Origin: a bacterium
Lineage (GTDB): Bacteria; Hinthialibacterota; Hinthialibacteria; Hinthialibacterales; Hinthialibacteraceae
Assembly: GCA_963663405.2 (NCBI GenBank)
Contig: CAXXSM010000027.1
Coordinates: forward strand, 1 to 61,967
Reading direction: 5' to 3'
Length of the DNA stretch: 61,967 nucleotides
Positions 1 to 9,332 of the stretch are shown in pieces; positions within the stretch are counted from its first letter, which is position 1; the number at the start of each line of letters is the position of its first letter. The position numbers were made by a program, and so were the translations under genes. The notes beneath the pieces are model-generated. The model ran no database searches. It saw nothing but the letters and a program-made list of their open reading frames with translations, and had not been told where the DNA came from.

Positions 1-1500
1 ATCTTGGAATTTTAAGCAATCTTCATAGCGTCCTGCCTTCGCCATTTTCGCGCTGGTGTGGGCATAGTGAGCGCTGATTACTTCTGCATTGAGATCCTTT
101 TTTATTTCGGAATAGTCTGAGGAGCAGTGGATCATTTCGGTAATCACTCGCACCCATTTACTTCCGTCTTTTGATGTATACTCAGTAATAGCCTGTATCG
201 GCAAACTTTCTATTTTAGTGAAGTCTATGTTCTCCATCTTTTCCAATTCTGCTAGACTCTTCATCGAGTATTTGCAAGTAACTGAAGATTCCGCAGTAAC
301 ACTGCCTCTATCTTGAACATACAAACCTTTCCCGTCAGATAGGTATTTATCAGGCACATCCACGAATTCCATTATTTGTGGGACTCTGACTTTGACCACT
401 ACTTGGGTTGCTAGAATTTTTGATGAAACGAGTTCAGTGAAGTCTGAGGACAGATTTCTCGGGTCTACTCGTAGGATATCCCCATTGGTTTCATCGACTA
501 AGGGACAGAGCAAATCCAATCTGCATTCTGTTCCTACAAGAGAAATGACCGAAACAATAATATCGTGGTGCTTGGCATATTCTCCGACTTTGGAATAGAA
601 CTCCTTTATTTTACTATAGTCAGCTCCACGGCGAGTGATTGAGCCCATTCCTACATTGGCTAATCCATCTGTGCAAATTATAATTTTTGATCCGGGCTTT
701 CCTTTGGCTGCCAGGGCTGAGGCAGCCACCACCGCAGGTCCCAGAGCCGTGCTTCCCTCTGGGGAGATTGGCTCCAAAATTTTTAGAAGTTTGGGAGCCG
801 ATTTCTCAACAGAAGCGGACATATATTTATCACTGTGATTTGAAACTTCCTCTACAACTCCAAAGAAATCTTCGTGCAATCTGCGAGAAAGCATCAAGGG
901 AGGACTAGAGCCATCTCCATATATCGTCACTTCTGATTCAAATGTGATAATTCCTAGTTTTCTTTCTGGATTCTCTTTTACACTTGTCTGCACTTGGGAG
1001 TCAATCGCTACTTTGACTGCCTCAAGACGTGAAATATAATTGGGGTCTTTTGAATACTTCGTTTTGGCATTAGATGACATTTTCTCCGCCATACTTCCAC
1101 TATTGTCAACGCAGAAAATCACAGAGATATCATCGGATTCCAATTTCATCTCTTCTTTTGCTTCTGCCTTGATAGCAGGTTTTTCGATAAGATATGTGAC
1201 TAAATCTGACTTCGGAATTTCATTAGGATCCATCAGAAGAACATTTTTGTTTCCGCAAAACTCACAATTCCAAGTATATTCAGTCCCGGATTGCTCCAGT
1301 TTACTATACTTGTTCAAATAAGACTTGCATTTGGAACAAGTTATAGGGTCTCCAGTTTCTGGCTTGGGTGGGCTATCCAAGGCCAAAAAGTCAATTTTCA
1401 CAATATTAATGTCTACATTTTTTTTGACCTCTTCCTCTGAGCTTTTCTTGTCTTCCTCGGTAGCAGGTTTCTCCGTACCTAGTCCACCATTGTCTACTTG
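1..1500 (-). CDS. Partial Sec23/Sec24-type zinc finger + von Willebrand A domain protein (eukaryote/Asgard-like); no start codon, runs off the window edge
   Basis: Manual translation of the minus strand gives 500 codons without a stop: TGDPITCSKCKSYLN...WNCEFCGNKN (CxxC...CxxC), VIFCVDNSGSM (MIDAS DxSxS), STALGPAV, IIICTDGLANVGMG. Absent from the ORF track because it is incomplete. Confidence 0.8.
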
Positions 1501-1615
1501 TCTGAACCCTGATTCTAAAGATTATAGGATTACCATGATTCAAAAATCAAGAAAATCAGGCGAATCAAGAAAAGGCCGCGCCAGCGGGCTGGCTTTTGAA
1601 TCAGGGTTCAGACAA
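1498..1615. repeat. 118-bp MITE-like element with perfect 18-bp terminal inverted repeats
   Basis: TTGTCTGAACCCTGATTC (1498-1515) is the exact reverse complement of GAATCAGGGTTCAGACAA (1598-1615); internal GATT/AATC motifs recur at ~9-nt spacing. Confidence 0.8.
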
Positions 1616-1732
1616 TAATAAATCCTTCCCTCCCCCACCTCGTCCTAGAAGAAAACAAGATTATATTGTTATGATATCAAGTAGAAACCATAGGCAAGAA
1701 ATAAAACCGATCATTCTACAAGGAGAGAGGCG

Positions 1733-2806
1733 ATGCCGAATCTGTTTGGACGTAAATTCAACCGTACGCAGTTGGAGAAATACACGGGGGCGCCTTGGCA
1801 ATGTGGGGGCGTGCGGCGCCTGCGGTTCGCCGAAGGCCCGGAAGCAGGTGTGGATATCGTGCAATTCGATACGGGGACGGGATTAACGTTCAACACTCTG
1901 CCCAGCCGGGGATTGGACATCGCTTCCGCCAAATTTCAAGGCGCGTCGCTCTCAATGGATCTTCCTGCGGGAGAAGCGCATCCAGCGTTCCTCGATCCAG
2001 AATGGCTGGGCTGGCTCAAGACGTTTTTCTGTGGTCTCGTCACGACATGCGGCGCCACCTGGGCGGGAGCGCCTTGTGAAGATCAGGGCGAACGGCTTGG
2101 GCTGCATGGACGCTATTCTCATTTACCCGCCCGCAACCTGAAGATCGGCGATGAATGGACCGGCGCGAATCGCCGCTTGTGGGTTTCCGCCGATATTCGG
2201 GAAAGCATCCTTTTTGGACCGAATCTTCTGATCAAACGCACAATATCTACTGAACTCGGTTCCAACACCATCACCATTCAAGATAAAATCCGGAACGAGG
2301 CGTTCTCCCCCACGCCCCATATGTGGCTCTATCACATCAACATCGGATTCCCCGTGCTCGATGAAAACACGGAACTGTTAGTCAATTCATCCGTAACGCC
2401 GCGGGATGAAGAAGCCGAAAAAGGAAAAGAGAACTACAACCGTTTCGAAACACCCAAAGCGGGATACAAAGAAAAAGTCTACTATCACGATATTAAAACA
2501 GACCGGAAAGGCTTCTGTCACGCGGCGCTGGTCAATCCTAAATTTAACAACGATCAAGGATTGGGCGTTCTCGTCAGCTTCCGCAAAAAGGAACTGCATC
2601 GCTTCGGCCAATGGAAAAACATGGGTGCGGGAGAATACGTCTGCGGCCTCGAACCCAGCACCTGCAGCGTCCAAGGCCGCGCCCACGACCGGGAAGATGG
2701 AATCCTCCTCTTCCTAAAACCGGGCGAAGAAAGAAACTATCATGTCGAAATCACCGTCCTTCCCGATAACGAAGCGATCGAATCGATCCGAAAAATGATT
2801 GGATGA
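1733..2806 (+). CDS. Aldose 1-epimerase family protein (DUF4432-like)
   Basis: 357 aa; RGLDI, F.GLVTTCG, LGLHGR, LYHINIGFP, GLEP motifs; purine-rich RBS upstream. Confidence 0.8.
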   Translation: MPNLFGRKFNRTQLEKYTGAPWQCGGVRRLRFAEGPEAGVDIVQFDTGTGLTFNTLPSRGLDIASAKFQGASLSMDLPAGEAHPAFLDPEWLGWLKTFFCGLVTTCGATWAGAPCEDQGERLGLHGRYSHLPARNLKIGDEWTGANRRLWVSADIRESILFGPNLLIKRTISTELGSNTITIQDKIRNEAFSPTPHMWLYHINIGFPVLDENTELLVNSSVTPRDEEAEKGKENYNRFETPKAGYKEKVYYHDIKTDRKGFCHAALVNPKFNNDQGLGVLVSFRKKELHRFGQWKNMGAGEYVCGLEPSTCSVQGRAHDREDGILLFLKPGEERNYHVEITVLPDNEAIESIRKMIG

Positions 2807-2816
2807 TAATATGAAA

Positions 2817-2901
2817 CACGGGCGTCCCGCCCGTGAGCGCCAAAGGCGCCCAGCCTTTATCCTGAAAATCCTATCCATCCTGCCCATCCAGATTCAGACA
2901 A
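2817..2901. repeat. Intergenic palindrome plus half copy of the TTCAGACAA-ended repeat family
   Basis: CACGGGCG-tcc-CGCCCGTG hairpin at 2817-2835; ATCC at 9-nt spacing ending in ATTCAGACAA at 2859-2901, resembling the right end of 1498-1615. Confidence 0.55.
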
Positions 2902-3048
2902 AATAAACCGGGTACCCAGGGCAAGGTTTTTTTCTGCCCTGGCATTGAACCGTAAAATTTTACAATGGGGTGATGTATTTTTCGATATCAGCGGGGCCTA
3001 AGTGCAAAATATGGGAGGAACTTTTACTGTGGATTTACATTGAACTGT

Positions 3049-4887
3049 TTATTGACAATCGCCAACAATCCCCAAATCCACAAATTCAACATACATCCAA
3101 TACGGGATTTCCAGCAAATTTACCTGATCGCCTGAATCAATGATAATCGTGATGGGGAGGAATGTGTTGTTTGCGTAATCGGGAAGGTCCTCAGATGGAG
3201 TCATCAACACGGTACTATAAATTGATGAAGCGAGTGAGTTATCCCATGAGATGTACCCTCCACTGCTGATCCCGTCCCCTCCAATGTCAGGCGCCTCTCC
3301 ATTAAACAAGAGTTTCCAGATCACCGCCTGGATTACGTTACGATGAACGCCAATATAAGAGCCATAGCGGTAATTGACTAACAAGTAATTCACTAATTTA
3401 AAATTCTCTGGATTGCCAACCAGGGAACATACATCCGTCTCAGAAGTGTAAATCCCAATATTATTATACCACACGCCCAGTTGAATTTTTGTAAGCATAT
3501 CCGCGCACCAGGCGGGATACGTTTCTTCACCCCCCAAAGCCGTCGCAGGAATGAACTGCGCGTCGAAATAACTTCCATTTATTTTCCCCGGCCAATACCG
3601 CCTGCCAAATCCATCGCCATTGACAAGGTAACTTGTGTCGATCGACGCGCAATCATATGGCATCAAAGTATTCTGAGGGTAATATATGAATAAACCAATG
3701 CCAATCCGGTTTTGTAGTACAAGAATCGCAGCCCAATCATCGCAGGATAAGTTGTTATATCTTACATCAACGTAATCTCCTGATCCGAGACCCGTATTGG
3801 CGATGAGGCTGAAAATATTCGTTAATTGATTATTATCGCAGTTGAGTTGAGCCAAAGCGGTGTTGTTGGTGACATCCAGGCTGGTCAATTGATTGCTTTT
3901 ACAATTGAGGTGAATCAAAGCTGTGTTGCTGGAGACGTCCAGGCTGGTTAATGGATTTTCATAGCAGTAAATTAAAGTCAAAGCGGTGTTGTGAGATACA
4001 TCCAGACTGGTTAATTGATTGCTGTTGCAGCGGAGTTGAATCAAAGCCGTGTTGTTGGTGACATCCAGACTGGTTAATTGATTTCTGTCGCAGTAGATCA
4101 GAGTCAAAGCGGTGTTGTGAGATACATCCAGACTGGTTAATTGATTCTCGCCGCAGTCGAGTTGAGTCAAAGCGATGTTGCTGGTGACATTCAGGCTGGA
4201 TAATTGATTATTCCAGCAGTGGAATTGAGTCAAAGCCGTGTTTTTGGTCACATCCAGGTTGGTTAATTGATTACTCCAGCAGAGGAATTGAGTCAAATCG
4301 GTGTTGTTGGTGACATCCAGGTTTGTTAATTGATTTCTCCAGCAGTGGAATTGAGTCAAAGCCGTGTTTTTGGTCACATCCAGGTTGGTTAATTGATTGT
4401 CGCTACAGTAGAGTTTATACAAAGCGGTGTTGTTAGTCACATCCAGGCTGGTTAATTGATTGCTTTCGCAATGGAGATTAATCAAAACGGTGTTGTTAGA
4501 GATATCCAGGCTGGTTAATTGATTGCTATCACAATTGAGAGTAACCAAATCTGTATTGTGAGAGATATGCAGGCTGGTTATTTGATTGTTACGGCAGACG
4601 AGTCCCCTTATACCAGTAAAATATTCTATTCCAGTTAAATCACTTATACCAAGTCCATGGCAGTTGAGAACACCCGTCTTCGCCGCCGCATCGGCAGCGG
4701 TGAAATCTCCCCCCATGTAACTCTCAACAAAGCTGAGGAAATTCGTGTCTGGGAAATGGGCGGGATCATTGATGTAGCCCTGCGCAGTAGAAAAATTGGT
4801 CATGAGTACGCTCATAAGCGCCAGTGATACAACAATAATAATCTTTCTCGATCGTTTTCTACATTTCGCGTTTTCTGAAGAAGGCAT
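3049..4887 (-). CDS. Secreted internalin-like leucine-rich repeat protein with C-terminal thioester-like domain
   Basis: 612 aa; N-terminal signal-like segment, cap FPDTNF...ISDLTGIEYF, ~13 repeats of LxCxxNQLTSLDVTNNTALxx; C-terminal WCAD...IQAVIW. Confidence 0.85.
   Translation of the reverse strand: MPSSENAKCRKRSRKIIIVVSLALMSVLMTNFSTAQGYINDPAHFPDTNFLSFVESYMGGDFTAADAAAKTGVLNCHGLGISDLTGIEYFTGIRGLVCRNNQITSLHISHNTDLVTLNCDSNQLTSLDISNNTVLINLHCESNQLTSLDVTNNTALYKLYCSDNQLTNLDVTKNTALTQFHCWRNQLTNLDVTNNTDLTQFLCWSNQLTNLDVTKNTALTQFHCWNNQLSSLNVTSNIALTQLDCGENQLTSLDVSHNTALTLIYCDRNQLTSLDVTNNTALIQLRCNSNQLTSLDVSHNTALTLIYCYENPLTSLDVSSNTALIHLNCKSNQLTSLDVTNNTALAQLNCDNNQLTNIFSLIANTGLGSGDYVDVRYNNLSCDDWAAILVLQNRIGIGLFIYYPQNTLMPYDCASIDTSYLVNGDGFGRRYWPGKINGSYFDAQFIPATALGGEETYPAWCADMLTKIQLGVWYNNIGIYTSETDVCSLVGNPENFKLVNYLLVNYRYGSYIGVHRNVIQAVIWKLLFNGEAPDIGGDGISSGGYISWDNSLASSIYSTVLMTPSEDLPDYANNTFLPITIIIDSGDQVNLLEIPYWMYVEFVDLGIVGDCQ
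3820..4595 (-). repeat. 63-bp coding tandem repeats (21-aa LRR units)
   Basis: Recurrent ACATCCAGGCTGGTTAATTGATT-like motif every 63 nt inside the LRR gene. Confidence 0.85.
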
Positions 4888-5187
4888 AGATACACTCTCC
4901 TATAGGGAATAGATTATTGGAGGAGATTCGCCACTCGCTCCTAGTTTCCCTCTTAGTAACTAATATTTTTAAGGGAAACAGATCACTGCTTCCATATGAA
5001 CTGCGTATTAAATAACACTATAAGGCATATTTTATTCGTTGGATAGATGAATATATAAAATAAACTTAAAAAGCATCATATCGTTACATGATATGACAGG
5101 TCAAGTTTGATGAAATGGCAATGAAAGGAGCGCCTTTCTCTCTATCCTTCTCCCCCCAAACCGTGATACACTCTACCCAACTGTTTA

Positions 5188-6510
5188 TTGCTGGAGGATA
5201 GATTCATGACAGAGAATTTAAAACGCCGTTCATTTATTAAAACCGCCGCTTCCGCAGGGGCGCTCGTATCCGCTCCGGCTGTTCTGGGGGCGGAAAAAGT
5301 CAAGAAATACAGAACCGCCACGATCGGGACCGGGTGGTGGGGGATGAATATCACCCGCTACGCCATCGAGTCTGGGGAATGCAAGTTTGTCGGGATCTGT
5401 GATGTCGACCGCCGCCATCTCGACGGCGCGGCGGAAGAGATCAAAAAACGCTGCGGAGACGAGCCGCGTAAATACAAAGACTTCCGCGAGCTGCTGGAAA
5501 AAGAGAAGCCGGAAATCGTCATCGTCGGCACGCCGGATCACTGGCATCCACTCTGCGCAATCGCCGCCATGCAAGCGGGCGCGCATGTCTACGTTGAAAA
5601 ACCGATCTGCCACACAATCAATGAAGGCCGCGCCATGGTCAAAGCCGCGCGAGACTGCAACCGTGTTGTCCAGGTCGGAACCCACCGCCGGAAAGGTGTA
5701 CATAATATGTCCGGCATGGAGTTCCTGCGGTCGGGCAAAGCCGGCCAGATCGGCATGGTTCGCGCGTTTGTTCACTATCATGGCGGCGCCGGACAACCCA
5801 CCCCCGATTCCGAGCCGCCGGAAGAACTCGATTGGGATATGTGGTGCGGCCCCGGCCCTATGCGGCCATTCAACAGCCGGATTCACCCCAAAGGCTTCCG
5901 CCGGTTTCTCGATTACGCCAACGGCCAGCTGGGCGATTGGGGCATTCACTGGCTCGATCAGATTTTATGGTGGTCGGAAGAGCAGCATCCCCGCAAAATC
6001 TCATCCATGGGTGGGCGCCATATCTGCCGCGACAACACCGACGCCCCGGACACGCAAATCGTTCAATACGATTTCGAATCCTACACCGCCACTTGGGAAC
6101 ACCGCTGGTACGCCGGAAACAGCACAGAAAAACACAATATCGGCGTCTATTTCTACGGAACCGAAGGAATCTTCCACATGGGCTGGATGGATGGATGGAC
6201 CTTCTACCCCCGGCGTGGAGAGCCGATTCATGAAGACTGCTCCTTCGATCATTCCATCACGCGGGACAATGAAAACATCCGGGGATTGTTCGCCGATCTG
6301 CTCAAGTGCGTCAAAACCGGCGAACGGCCCATCTGCGATATTGAAATCGGTTACCGCGCTACCGCCATGAGCCTGCTCGGTATGCTCTCGCACAAGATCG
6401 GGCGCTGCTTCGCTTGGGACGGTGAAAACGGAAAGATCCTCAATCCCCCCGAAGCCAACAAATACCTCAGCCGGAAATACCGCGCGCCTTGGAAATATCC
6501 TGAAGTCTGA
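5188..6510 (+). CDS. Gfo/Idh/MocA family oxidoreductase with Tat signal
   Basis: RRSFIK twin-arginine leader, IGTGWWG, GTPDHWH, HVYVEKP, DWGIHWLD. True start probably ATG at 5206. Confidence 0.9.
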   Translation: MLEDRFMTENLKRRSFIKTAASAGALVSAPAVLGAEKVKKYRTATIGTGWWGMNITRYAIESGECKFVGICDVDRRHLDGAAEEIKKRCGDEPRKYKDFRELLEKEKPEIVIVGTPDHWHPLCAIAAMQAGAHVYVEKPICHTINEGRAMVKAARDCNRVVQVGTHRRKGVHNMSGMEFLRSGKAGQIGMVRAFVHYHGGAGQPTPDSEPPEELDWDMWCGPGPMRPFNSRIHPKGFRRFLDYANGQLGDWGIHWLDQILWWSEEQHPRKISSMGGRHICRDNTDAPDTQIVQYDFESYTATWEHRWYAGNSTEKHNIGVYFYGTEGIFHMGWMDGWTFYPRRGEPIHEDCSFDHSITRDNENIRGLFADLLKCVKTGERPICDIEIGYRATAMSLLGMLSHKIGRCFAWDGENGKILNPPEANKYLSRKYRAPWKYPEV

Positions 6511-7024
6511 TCAGCGCTATAAAATACTGAGTGATAAGGGCAAGTAATGACGCTTACGCTGGAGCAATTACTTTTCTCCGTCCTTGCCTTATATCATACA
6601 ACATACGATCACTACAAAATCAACCATAAAAAAACTTGCCGAATGGTTAGTTTTACGAATCGAAGAATTCCTCTTCTAATTTGAACCTTACATTTCGATT
6701 CCGCCGAGAGCAGGAAATCAGGCAAAACAATTGTTGAAGATTTCTCTATATTTAAGTCAGTTCGTAAAGTTATGTTTTTGAGGAAGTTAGGAATGGGCAA
6801 GAATTTTAATTGCGGAACAGAGTAAATTCCTTATGAAAATCAATAATGATGAATAAATAGAGAAAATTTCACGTTGGACGAAGCGGCTCCGCCGCAGAGT
6901 GTCGTACGCCGAATTTTCTAGTTGAACAATCCCCTTGCGAAATCTCCTGAGTTGTCATGTATTTCTTCTGAGAAGGCAGTGGCTGTAAGACTGCCAACCA
7001 CTACTTATTTACAGGAGAAAGATC

Positions 7025-7339
7025 ATGAAATCATTACGGAAACGCATGATCGAAGACATGACGTTAGCAGGACTGAGCGAAGGCACGCAAAAAGCATACG
7101 TCCGAGCCGTCGCCTCATTCGCTCTAGAATTTGATTGCTCGCCAGAATGCATTAGCGAGGAACTCGTCCGGGTCTATTTACTGAATTTGCGAGACGTGAA
7201 GAAAGTCGCTCTCGGAACGTTTCAGGTCCACTACAGCGCGCTGAAATTTCTTTATCAAACCACGCTGGATCTGGGGTGGCCGTTGTTTGCAAAAAAAAGA
7301 TTCGTAAGCCTCGCCAAAAGCGCCTGCCGCATTCATTAA
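7025..7339 (+). CDS. Phage-integrase N-terminal SAM-like domain (N half of recombinase)
   Basis: LRKRMIEDMTLAGLSEGTQKAYVRAV...SALKFLY; RBS AGGAG; overlaps the catalytic ORF in the -1 frame at an A8 tract. Confidence 0.85.
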   Translation: MKSLRKRMIEDMTLAGLSEGTQKAYVRAVASFALEFDCSPECISEELVRVYLLNLRDVKKVALGTFQVHYSALKFLYQTTLDLGWPLFAKKRFVSLAKSACRIH

Positions 7340-7872
7340 CCCATTCCCAAGTTCGCGCCCTCCTGGCCGCCGTCAGGAAAACGCCCTACCGGTTGGCTCT
7401 AACGTTGATGTATGCGTGCGGCCTTCGGACCAGTGAAGTCATCTCTCTTCCGGTGCGGCAGATCGATTCCAACCAAATGAGTTTACGGATTATTGGGAAG
7501 GGCGATAAAGAGCGAATCGTTCCTCTCCCGGACACCTTGTTGGAGCCGATGCGTGAACTCTGGTTGATGCATCGCCATCCCACCTGGCTATTCCCCAACC
7601 AACAAGGCTCCAACCACATTCCCTCATCGACACTCGGCAAAGCGTTTCGCTTGGCCTGTAACGCTACCGGGCTGACAGACGATGTGAAGCCGCATTCGAT
7701 GCGTCATTCGTTTGCCAGCAGATTGCTGGAGAACGGCGAAAGCCTGCGCGTTGTCCAGATTCTTCTCGGCCATTCCAGTATTCGTTCGACACAGATCTAC
7801 ACTCATTTGACTGAGCCGCTTCGCCACGAGGCTCAGGATCGGATCAACGCCGTGTTCGCCGATCTGATGTGA
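7276..7872 (+). CDS. Tyrosine recombinase catalytic domain (C half)
   Basis: All catalytic residues present: GLRTSE (R), GKGDK (K), HSMRH (HxxR), LGHS (H), TQIYTH (Y). Confidence 0.92.
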   Translation: MAVVCKKKIRKPRQKRLPHSLTHSQVRALLAAVRKTPYRLALTLMYACGLRTSEVISLPVRQIDSNQMSLRIIGKGDKERIVPLPDTLLEPMRELWLMHRHPTWLFPNQQGSNHIPSSTLGKAFRLACNATGLTDDVKPHSMRHSFASRLLENGESLRVVQILLGHSSIRSTQIYTHLTEPLRHEAQDRINAVFADLM

Positions 7873-7881
7873 GGAGGAATC

Positions 7882-9048
7882 ATGAATTGCACTTCATCGA
7901 ACCTCGAACTCGGCGATGTGGTTCGCCGGTTTGGCCCGGCCTATATCCGGCAGCAAGGGAAGCGCCTTTTGCCCTCCCAGCGTAAAGCGCTGCACGATAT
8001 CATGGCCTGTCATACGGCGGAACTGGGAGGGCATCGTTATCACTGTCAGGACTGCGGCGAAGACTTCTGGGTGTATCACGGGTGTGGCAATCGATCCTGT
8101 CCGTCCTGTCATTCCCAGGCGATGCGGCAATGGATCGAGAAGCGGGAAGACCAGATGCTTGGCTGCCGTTACTTTCATGTAATCGTAACAGTTCCGCAGT
8201 CTATCCGGGCGGCTTTCTTGGCTCATCAAAAGATTCTCTATGGGTTGCTGATGACGACGGCTGCTTCCTGTATCATGGATCTGATGCGCAATCCCCAAGT
8301 CGTTGGCGGTACCCCGGCGATCCTGGCCGTGCTGCACACTTGGCGGGGAGATCTGGAATTGCATCCACATGTCCATCTGTTGGTCAGCGCCGGCGCCGTG
8401 AGTGAGGACGGCCACTCTTGGATGGAACTCCGCCACCCGAAATGGCTTCTCCATGTGGGAACGCTCAGCTTACTCGTTCGCCGGCGCTTTAAAGAACGGC
8501 TCGAAAAAGCGGCGCCGGAGATCTTCCAAGGCATCGAGACCAAGGTCTGGAATAGAGGCTGGAACTCGTTCTGCAAACCGTATGGCAAAGGCGTGAAAGC
8601 CATCTTGAATTACCTGGGGCGCTATGTCTATCGCATCGCGATCTCCAACCACCGGCTTCTGGCAATGGACGCTACCCACGTGACGTTCCGCTACAAGACC
8701 TTCAAAGAGAAGCATTGGCGAACTCTCCGCTTGCCGGGCGAAGAATTTCTGCGGCGCTTCGTGATGCATGTGCTCCCCCGCGGCTTCCATAAAGTCCGCT
8801 ACTATGGGCTGTGGCATCACTGTCATCGGGACACACGCAATCGAATCCGTTTGCTCCTCGCCCCCAAGGCGGAGAGCGTTTCTATTCCCGAATCGGTTGA
8901 GAATTCCATCGTTTCAAAAGAGACCAACGACAAAGCAGTATTCGATCGGACCGGCCAAGAATCGGCGCCGGAATGGCCTAAATGTCCGCGTTGCAAAAGC
9001 TGTAACGTGATTGTCATTGAAACCCTCAATCGGAATCGAAGCCCCTGA
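7882..9048 (+). CDS. IS91-family Y2/HUH rolling-circle transposase
   Basis: N-terminal Zn domain CQDCG...CGNRSCPSC, LHTW...HPHVH (HUH), YLGRY (YxxxY), HVLPRGFHKVRYYG, C-terminal CPRC; RBS GAGGAGG. Confidence 0.93.
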   Translation: MNCTSSNLELGDVVRRFGPAYIRQQGKRLLPSQRKALHDIMACHTAELGGHRYHCQDCGEDFWVYHGCGNRSCPSCHSQAMRQWIEKREDQMLGCRYFHVIVTVPQSIRAAFLAHQKILYGLLMTTAASCIMDLMRNPQVVGGTPAILAVLHTWRGDLELHPHVHLLVSAGAVSEDGHSWMELRHPKWLLHVGTLSLLVRRRFKERLEKAAPEIFQGIETKVWNRGWNSFCKPYGKGVKAILNYLGRYVYRIAISNHRLLAMDATHVTFRYKTFKEKHWRTLRLPGEEFLRRFVMHVLPRGFHKVRYYGLWHHCHRDTRNRIRLLLAPKAESVSIPESVENSIVSKETNDKAVFDRTGQESAPEWPKCPRCKSCNVIVIETLNRNRSP

Positions 9049-9243
9049 TCGATTCCGATTGTAAGCATCGCGATGGTAATATAAAGAAATTATAACTTTA
9101 CGCGGGAAGATTTTTTACTTTTCTTGCCGTGAGGGGATTTCTATAGCTTCAAGAGGATTTTCTCTTTCTAAACTATCAACTTCTCTTCCTCAATTAAGCC
9201 GTTTCGCGAATAAATGGCGTGTTATTGGTTCTCACATTCCCCC

Positions 9244-9302
9244 CGCACTTCGTCCAATAGAGTTTGTATCTCGGCTTCGCTCGATAAAAACTCCTATCTA
9301 TT
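9244..9302 (+). other. Right-end imperfect hairpin (attC-like / oriIS candidate)
   Basis: CTTCGTCCAATAG (9248-9260) is the reverse complement of right end + left end (CTA+TTGGACGAAG); inner arms AGTTTGTATC/GATAAAAACT; identical in all three copies. Confidence 0.7.
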
Positions 9303-9332
9303 TCGCGCCGGATTCAATATATTTTGCAGAAA

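Larger units (their letters stand above)
6874..9300 (+). mobile_element. Tyrosine recombinase + IS91-type Y2 transposase element, copy 1 (2427 bp)
   Basis: Ends set by comparing three copies: identity starts at TTGGACGAAGCGGC and ends at ACTCCTATCTA(TT); flanks differ between copies; no TSD. Confidence 0.92.

Noticed and set aside
392-1886. Short plus-strand ORFs at the left edge
   Set aside because: They are antisense shadows of the long minus-strand VWA frame or overlap the repeat and epimerase gene.
3820-4595. 63-bp periodic repeats as a CRISPR array or DGR template/variable pair
   Set aside because: They are in-frame LRR units with no unique spacers, and no cas or reverse transcriptase gene is nearby.
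5230-6393. Long overlapping ORFs (239, 327, 133, 130 aa) over the oxidoreductase, and similar ones over the transposases, dnaJ and sucD
   Set aside because: Alternative-frame artefacts of GC-rich coding DNA with no recognisable motifs.
7025-7872. Bona fide integron integrase with a cassette array
   Set aside because: The segment between GKGDK and HSMRH is short, with no IntI-specific insertion, and I found no further attC-like sites after neighbouring genes.
6874-9260. TTGGACGAAG / CTTCGTCCAA as ordinary terminal inverted repeats of a DDE element
   Set aside because: Identity among copies extends ~42 bp beyond the inverted copy, there is no TSD, and no DDE enzyme is encoded.
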